Of a stretch of 64,000 bases of DNA, positions 53,852-64,000 are shown piece after piece. The stretch comes from the human T2T-CHM13v2.0 reference genome, Homo sapiens: NCBI RefSeq assembly GCF_009914755.1, contig NC_060929.1; one strand, written 5' to 3'. A program made the position numbers and the translations under genes. Each line of letters begins with the position of its first letter. Position 1 is the stretch's first letter. Under the pieces are notes generated by a model. The model saw only the letters and a program-made list of their open reading frames with translations. It had not been told where the DNA came from and made no database searches.

Positions 53852-55699
53852 TAGCCAGGATGGTCTCCATCTCCTGACCTTGTGATCTGCCTGCCTTGTC
53901 CTCCCAAAGTGCTGGGATTACAGGCATGAGCCACCGTGCCCAGCCGAAGTTAAGACACTTTTAAAATCTGGTTGCTTGCAAAAAATCAATGGTGAAATGA
54001 ATGACTGCATATCCGTATAAACGCATGTACAGACGCATGCATGTAGACAGGATATAGCAGGTGGTGAAATAACATTTGGAGAATCTGGGTGAGGAAGAAT
54101 TCTTTGTGCTATTTTTGCAAGTTTTCTTATTTCAAAATTAAAATTTAAAATGTAATGGGGTCAGCCAACAGGACAGGGGACTCAGCTTTGAAGAGCTTCC
54201 CTGACTACAGTTTTGGCAAGTCAAGTCTCAAAAAGAGGAATGAAAAACACAGAGAAATAAGGTGTGATGCCGCCTGAGGCAGCTATGAAACCAACACCAC
54301 GCCTTGAGCCCTGACCACTTAAGGGGAAGAACAGGGTGCAGGGTTGCCTTTTGGCTGAGGCGGGGCACAGGACCACCAAACAGCCCTGGCTGACACGTGG
54401 GAGCTCTCGCTGACAGCAAACTGCCAGCACATAATGGCAACGGGACAAATTAAGGAGGTCACTCTTCCCCGAGCCCTCAAAGAATTCTTGCTCATGGCCA
54501 GGACTGTCAACTGAGGCCAACAGCACGCGACATGGTGGATGAGGCACCCCCAAAGGAAGCCCACGTGGACAACTTCCTCTTCACAGGGAGGAAAATGTGA
54601 CTGAGTGACGGAGGACGGGACTGTCATCACCCTAACCAGTGGCCAATTTTAGCATCACTGGCCTGGTGTGATGGCTCGCACCTATACTCCCAGCACTTTG
54701 GGAGGCTGAGGAGGGAGGACTGCTTGAGCCCAGGAGCTTGAGACTAGCATGGGCAACAGAGAGAAACCCTGCCTCTAAAAAACACTTAAAAATCAAAAAT
54801 CAAAGTTTTAGCATCACTGACAGTGGGTTAAGAAGATACGAAATGTCCTTTGGTGTGATTTAATAGAAAGGACACAATATCACTTAAATGTATTACAACC
54901 AAAAGATGCAGGTGAATCTAGCAAAGCTTTATCTGTACCTTCCAGATTCCAGGAAATCCTGGGGATGGGGAGCAGGTCAGGGCAAACTCTTAGAAGTGGA
55001 CACACAAAGCTGGAGGGTGCACATCCTGCAGGACAGCCTGCCTGGCGCTGTAAGTTGGTTCCATGGTGGATAACAAGATCCTTAAGGACATGACAACCAG
55101 AAATCGGGCACTATGAATGCATGGGGTGTTGACTAGGCCCTGGAAAAAAAGGCAAGGGATGCTCAAGGTGAGAAGCGTCTGAAGTCACACCCAGCGTGAG
55201 CCAGGTTCTGCCCTGATGGAGGCATTTTTGTAGTCGTCAGGCAACAGGAGAGCTGCCTGGCGTTGGTTGTATGGTCCTTTGTGGAATCAGAGTCACACAG
55301 CTTCAAAACACATCACTTCTTTACTCACACCGAAACAAAACAAGGCCACTGAGTGCCCTGCTCCCCTACTCACTCGGACCTATGGACACTGGGACAAAAC
55401 ACCATGTTTTCTAAGTGGCCACAGGATAGCAAAAATGTGGCTATCAAGGGGGAGGTGGGCGCTCACCACCTGCCCCTCTCAAGTAAAAATAAAAGAATGC
55501 ACTCTGAGAGCCAGGGAGGGTGCCAAACTCATTTCTTTTTCTTGAAATGTGACTAGTAAATGGAGCAGAGAATGACGCTGAAGTGCATTCATGCTTTCTG
55601 TGACCCATCCGTCAAGCTCCTTCTTTGTGACCTTGCGGCTGTGTGGCGAGGCTGCAGAGCTGAACTGCCCCGCTGACGGGGGAGACAACAGCCACACGG

Positions 55700-56540
55700 A
55701 CCTGTCCTGATGACTGCCTGAAGGCACTGCTCTCAAGGCTGTTCATCACCATGCAGAGGAAGGTTCAGGAGACAGGTTCATGCCCTTGGACCACAAATGT
55801 CAAGCTGGGAGAGAATGTTTGTGGCGATGACAGAACTGGGATTGACTCTGCAACATCACAAAATTCAGGAACTGAGATGGACCTAGACCCAGAGTGTGAC
55901 ACGGCTCTCAAGGCTGAGGCCACCCGACAGTGTGTCAATTAATGGGGGCCCTTAGAGGGTGCCCTGCTCAGGCTGTATCTCGAATACTGTGTCCACTTCT
56001 GGGCCCATATTTTAGGGGTGCAGCTGACAAGTGGGTCCCCAAGGTGGTGAGGCTCTGGGAGATTTTTATTTTTAGAGAAGGGGTCTCACTCTGTCGCCTA
56101 GGCTACAGTGGTCTCATCAATGCTCACTGCAGCCTCAAACTCCTGGGCTCAAGCAATGCTCTTGCCTCAGCCTCCTCAGTAGTGGGGGCCTTTTCATAGG
56201 AGAGGGTTGGATGAACTTTGAGTTTAACATAGAGAAGGGAAGACTTGGAGCTTACCTTTCCAACTAACATATTACAGCCTGCTATTCAAAGCAGGTCGGA
56301 CTTGCTCTATTTTGCCCAGAGGAAAGGTCTAGGAGCCATGGGCAGAAGTTACAGGAGCCAGGTGTCAGTTCAGTTTAAGAAAGAACGTTCTAGCAGTTAA
56401 AACTACAAACGATTCAGTGGGAAAGGAATTCCCTTCATGTGAACAGGGGCTGGGTGACCAGCTGTGAGGAACTCTTCACGCTGATGCCTACTTGAATGGG
56501 TGTGACCCAGAGAGTCCCTCTGTGCATTCCACTCTGGATG
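55700..56540 (+). mobile_element. L3/CR1 LINE relic
   Basis: GGGCAGAAGTTACAGG...AAGAAAGAACGTTCTAGCAGTTA, a CR1 3' signature. Confidence 0.55.
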
Positions 56541-57136
56541 AGCAAATGAAGTTAACTTCAAAGCATACTTCAAAATGTGTGAATGAAATTAATTTCAAAG
56601 CATATTTATAAAAGTTATAAGAAAATCACAGGGAGATTGAGGGAAGAGGAGACAATATATTTTTGGAGAATGAATGTAAAATATGGTTTTAAGTGAAAGA
56701 TTTTAATTCAAAGCTCAGCCAGAACTACTCCTTTGCAATTAGGAGATGTGTTTAATGATAACTGTGTCTTTGTACGTTTCCATTTAGTTCCTGAGTTCCA
56801 TGTGGAGGAAGTGATGGAAATGACCCAGTTCACTGGAACAAAGTCCTTGTCTTTTCTTTCTGCCATCAAGTAAGAATGCCGACCAGTGCTGGAGCTGAGT
56901 GACGATGCCCTGTACACCCAAGATTTGTGTACAAATGAGTCAGGGCCAGCAAGGGTAGAAAAGGCAGCTGAACCCTCCTGAGGCTCTGCTCCCCCGAGAA
57001 CATAAAGCATCTAGGAGCTATGTCTAGAAAGGGGCTTTTTGGCCGGGCACAGTGGCTCATGCCTGTAATCCCAGCACTTTGAGAGGACGAGGCAGGTGGA
57101 TCACTGGAGCTCAGGAGTTCGAGACTCACCTGGCTA

Positions 57137-57440
<304 letters not shown>

Positions 57441-58291
57441 TCACAGATGTCAGCAGATTCTCAAAAGTGTTTATGACTAAAAGAGAAGAGTGAGATTTGA
57501 AAGAACATGCTACCCACGGGGTCAGGGCAGACCCACGGCTCCTTCTTGGTGCTGAGGTGCCCAGGCACCCTCTTTCTCGGGCGTAAGGCCCCCTCACTAT
57601 TGTAGGGTGGGGGTTAGACAAAATGATTCTGGATTTCCCTTCCAACTCTCAAACACCATGAAAGGAAATGGAAGGAGCAAACACTCTTGCTCACAGTGAC
57701 CCTTGGGCATTCTAACTGCGGAAGAGCATGCGGTCTCCAGGCCTTGAAGACTCAGCCTTTGACCAGCTCCGAAGGGTGAGACGCGCATCTCTCTTCCATC
57801 ACGGTTACATTCAGCTGCAAGGAGATGTGACTGACCACTCTGTCACTGTTGTTACTGATTTTGTTACCAATTTTCCTGATTAAAACAGTATCAAAGAACT
57901 GCCTTATTGTCAAAGGTAACCACCTTATGCTTAAATTCACAAAAGTAGCCACAGAATCTTCAAGATAACGCAAGTAGCTAATTATGAAGTTATTTTGAAA
58001 TATGGGCACTCTCCCTCCTCCCTGAAAACCCCCACCCCACCTATGTGTATTACTTCAGTCAATAAATAAAAAGCATTTCAGTGCTGTCTACAGTGAAAGA
58101 GGGAAGAGGGAATAGGACAGAGAAATGGAACCCAGACCCAGACCCCAGTATCTCAAGAAACATCTTCCTTCTTTCAAGACCTTTGAAAACACAACTGGGC
58201 CGGGCGCGGCGGCTCACGCCTGTAATCCCAGCACTTTGGGACGCCGAGGCAGGCGGATCACGAGGTCAGGAGATCGAGACCATCCTGGCTA

Positions 58292-58609
<318 letters not shown>

Positions 58610-59097
58610 TTAAGTACTAAACAGCCTGAAGTGCTTCAAACACAGACGTCAGATGAACTTGGCTCATCCCAGGCACAAAGCCACAAGCACCATGAATGAC
58701 GTTAAGTAACATGACTAAGGCTGACTGGTGAATTCTCCTGGCCACGCCTCATGAGAAAACAATTACACCAATACTCTGAATTGGACCTGCATATTGGTGA
58801 AGTCAAAACTTACTGCCATTAGTTTTGAAAACACAGATTTAGGAATTTGCAGAATATTTTCAATAAGAGAACAAACAGCAATGTTTCTGCCTCTCAGTGT
58901 GAAACCTCTTGCTAATATTGATCAAAAGCATGACACTTTATCATCTATCTGTGTTCATGTTAAATCTGTCATCAGAGATGGTGATGGAGAAATATCTAAT
59001 TGCCATGTAAAAACACACAAAAATTGGACATGCTATACATTTATCTTTTAAAATGTAGTCTGTATTATTTTCACCAACCAAAACACACATAATATAT

Positions 59098-59103
59098 TTT
59101 ATT
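59098..59103 (-). terminator. Distal polyadenylation signal AATAAA of MAPK9
   Basis: + strand TTTATT; followed on the minus strand by GT/T-rich sequence (TGTGTGTTTTGGTTGG). Confidence 0.65.
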
Positions 59104-61242
59104 ATAAAACATTAGCAATGTTACTTTTGAGATATGCAATCTGAAAGGTCACACTTGTATTTATTACCAGGAGGAAATACCAGAGGAGTCACATTAGAAA
59201 TCAACCAGACAGACTCGTACGTGGTTATCGCAACTTACACAGCATTAAATGCGGGTTGAAGCAGCACCCGCTCCGTGTTTCAGACACGGACTTGGGGTGG
59301 GCAAGGGGCCCTGTAAGAGGGCTTCCTCCTCTCAGTACTGGGGCTCTGCGTCTCACCTGCTCCCATCTCCAGGCCCACGGCTGACACGGTATGCACAGCC
59401 AGGGTTTCCAGACTGCTCTCCTGCTCTCACAGAACTCTGTCTGCTCTCTGGACTCTGCCCTTGAAACTGAGACCTGGACATGGGGGAGACAGTCGTTTCC
59501 TTCTTGGCTGGAAACTAAGTCAACAAATGAAACAAACCTAGTCTAAATTCCAGGATAATAGTAAATTACCTGGTTTATAAAAATACATGTCCAAAATAGT
59601 TACTTCCTGGGTTGTGTACAATATAAATTACAAAAATAAAATAGAAAAGATGAAACAGTTGAGCACATTTTTCAGTTCTTTAACCAACATCAGCATTTAT
59701 CCATAGAGATCAGTTTGAAACCATTTGCGTGGCACCAAGACCCTGGCAAATCTAGGCTCAGGAGAGAGAACCCTGAAGCTGGGGTGAGGTATTTCTGTGG
59801 AGCCCTGTGGCCTGTCCTAGGCACGCTCGCCTCTACCTGGTGGAAGATGGCCTTTCCAGGAAACCCTCCACACCGTCACGGGCTCCATCTGTGGCAAGTG
59901 GCTCGCTGAATGCACAGAGGAGCGAGTGAGCAGAAGGGCGTCTGCGGGTGCCTCGTCCCCCGTCCACGTCTCCTGGGGAGGGAGCATCACACAGTGCAGG
60001 GCAGCTCGCGCATTTTCAACCTCTCCCTTTTGTTTTTCCTTTTAAAGATAGATTTAGTGAAGTCTTTTAAAAGAAAGTGTATTACAGAGAAGGCCATTTT
60101 AAGATGTTTAGATAGATAGCCATAAAATAGGTGTTTCCGCCTCAATCCAAGTTATTATTACCATTTTGTACTTGAAAGTGTCCAAATGACACAATATAAA
60201 AGAACTATTTCTTATTTCAATATTAATTTTGCTAATCAAAGGTTCCAGTTTCCAGTGATATGACCAACCAATAAGATATAACTGGTGCAGAGAGAGCCAT
60301 ATATTTTACATAATATTTATAATAAACTTTCTTATCACAGTTCCTCCTCAGAACACACTCTACAGAATGTCGACTGAAAAGCTTCCAAAATAATTGAACA
60401 CAAGATATGAATCAGCAACAGAATAAGCTCAAGGGAAGAGACATGGGCACAGGCAGGCAAAACGTGATCACCACAGCTCCGTTCCTGCAGTGACACTTAA
60501 CATACTCAGCATCTTCATGAATTCTGAATAATTTACTGATCGTAAAGTCTAAAAGTATCAATTTCAGGTGAGCAGTTTTAAATCAGAAAATAGTCAATAG
60601 TTAATCATGACTCTTCAGGGTATTTCCTTCACGTCCTCTGAAGAGTTTCCCAGAACATTCTTGTGAAAAGGAATGCCTCCCAACAATGGAGAGCAACAAT
60701 AGCAACAGGCATCTGAATCAGCCTGGCCTCTGAAAACAGACCAAAGAGGAGTTTATCTGCTTTCTTCCAGTGAAGAAAGAAAATCAAGAACGTGGTATTG
60801 GCCGAGGGAAAGTGAATGAGGGAAGGTAAGTAAAGGACCCAGGCCAGTCTGTGGCAAAGGAAGCACTTAGGAAATGACTGCAGTGATCTCTAGTGAGCAT
60901 TTTGTAAAATTCCACTCCAACGTTAGGCCATGGATGCAGGAACCTATCTGCCATCATATTTAATTAAGATGGAGTGTTACGCACCTAATAAAGAAGGTGA
61001 AGTTCTAGGTAGCATTTTAAATTCATAAGAAGTCTAGAAGACCAAGAAGAAAAGAGATAAGGTAGCTAGGATTTCAAGCAGCACTAAGCAAAACTTAAAA
61101 TTGTATCGTGCAGTAAAGCTGAATGTACAATCATCCCAGACAAGACAGTTTAAAGAAAACAAGATGTCCACATAAGTGTCTTGGTTTTAGCCGTGATAAT
61201 TCTCAGCCCCAAACATCACAAATCTAAGAAAAGCTATATATT

Positions 61243-61248
61243 TTTATT
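61243..61248 (-). terminator. Candidate proximal polyadenylation signal of MAPK9
   Basis: AATAAATAAAAA on the minus strand followed by TTTGTGATGTTTGGGG. Confidence 0.5.
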
Positions 61249-61829
61249 TATTAAATAGATTTAATTATATGTCTTCTGAAATACAAAAGATAGAATAAAT
61301 CATAGCATAAAAGGGAATAAGATATGATAACATCATGATGGCCAATTAATACACATAAATCGACTTTTTCTGGACAGACACCAAATTACTTAAGAGGATT
61401 AAGAGATAACTTCAGAAGCAGCACTACCTGGAAGATTATTTGGCATTTAAATACTGATTTCCAAAGTGCTAGATGGGCAAGTCCAAGCAAGCATTTGTGG
61501 TCACATGCACATACATCTCAACAGTTACAGATGATGAGAAACTGTCACTAGTACAATTTGAAACAAATTCACCTACTCTAACTGCTCACCTGAAATGATC
61601 TTGAACAAAATCTCTAGAAGTGTGGCTTGCAATTTTTTTCTTCAGACATATTCTGCCTCATTTTATCATCTAAGCAGGCAATCCTATCAGGTCTGAATAG
61701 GGCAAGGCATTGTGTTTCTTACATGCAGAACATGGAGTTTTTCTATTTGGTTCCATCAACTCCCAAGCATTTCAGGCCCACGGAGGTGAGAGTTCCTTCA
61801 ATGCTGACAGGTTTGCTATTTCTAACCTA

Positions 61830-61972
61830 TCATCGACAGCCTTCAAGGGGTCCCGTCGAGGCATCAAGACTGCTGTCTGTGTCTGAGGCCAGCGTCTGCT
61901 CAGTGGACATGGATGAAATGTCATTGATCGATGAAGACTGAGAAGGAGTGGCGTTGCTACTTACTGCTGCAT
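61830..61972 (-). CDS. MAPK9: MAPK9 (JNK2) terminal coding exon, long p54 (alpha2/beta2) form
   Basis: After acceptor ttttcttagcacAG, translates (D)[46 protein letters not shown], the recognised JNK2 p54 C-terminus; TGA at 61832-61830; upstream exons lie beyond the window. Confidence 0.97.
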
Positions 61973-61977
61973 CTGTG
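61961..61977 (-). CDS. MAPK9: MAPK9 terminal coding segment, short p46 (alpha1/beta1) form
   Basis: Upstream AG (61979-61978) adds CACAG and shifts frame to (A)QMQQ*, the known JNK p46 ending; TAA at 61963-61961. Confidence 0.9.

Positions 61978-64000
<2,023 letters not shown>

Larger units (their letters stand above)
59075..61829 (-). other. MAPK9: MAPK9 3'UTR (about 2.75 kb; end approximate)
   Basis: Repeat-free AT-rich sequence following the stop codon, ending shortly after an AATAAA at 59103-59098. Confidence 0.75.

Overview
Primate (human or closely related great ape) euchromatic DNA, dense in Alu, L1, MaLR, ERV and DNA-transposon relics. The only real coding sequence is the last exon of MAPK9/JNK2 on the minus strand (61977/61972 to 61830). 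It has the tandem acceptor that makes the p46 and p54 isoforms and a 3'UTR of about 2.75 kb running down to about 59075. About 24 kb further down, a CpG island (about 34220-34900) holds a minus-strand first exon with a (GGC)6 repeat and a GTGAGT donor. Gene order next to MAPK9 at 5q35.3 identifies it as RASGEF1C exon 1, so 1-34500 is its large first intron. The intergenic part contains a processed RPS8 pseudogene, a tailless U2 snRNA fragment and a multi-layer transposon nest. I found no prokaryote-type system and no credible novel protein gene; nearly all ORFs in the track are repeat or GC artefacts. The best leads are two LTR12-family solo LTRs co-oriented with RASGEF1C (possible alternative promoters), a CTCF / GGC / poly-Gly-frame / uATG arrangement in exon 1, and several small templated duplications and insertions. 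Repeat subfamily names come from recalled consensus sequences and need RepeatMasker/Dfam confirmation.
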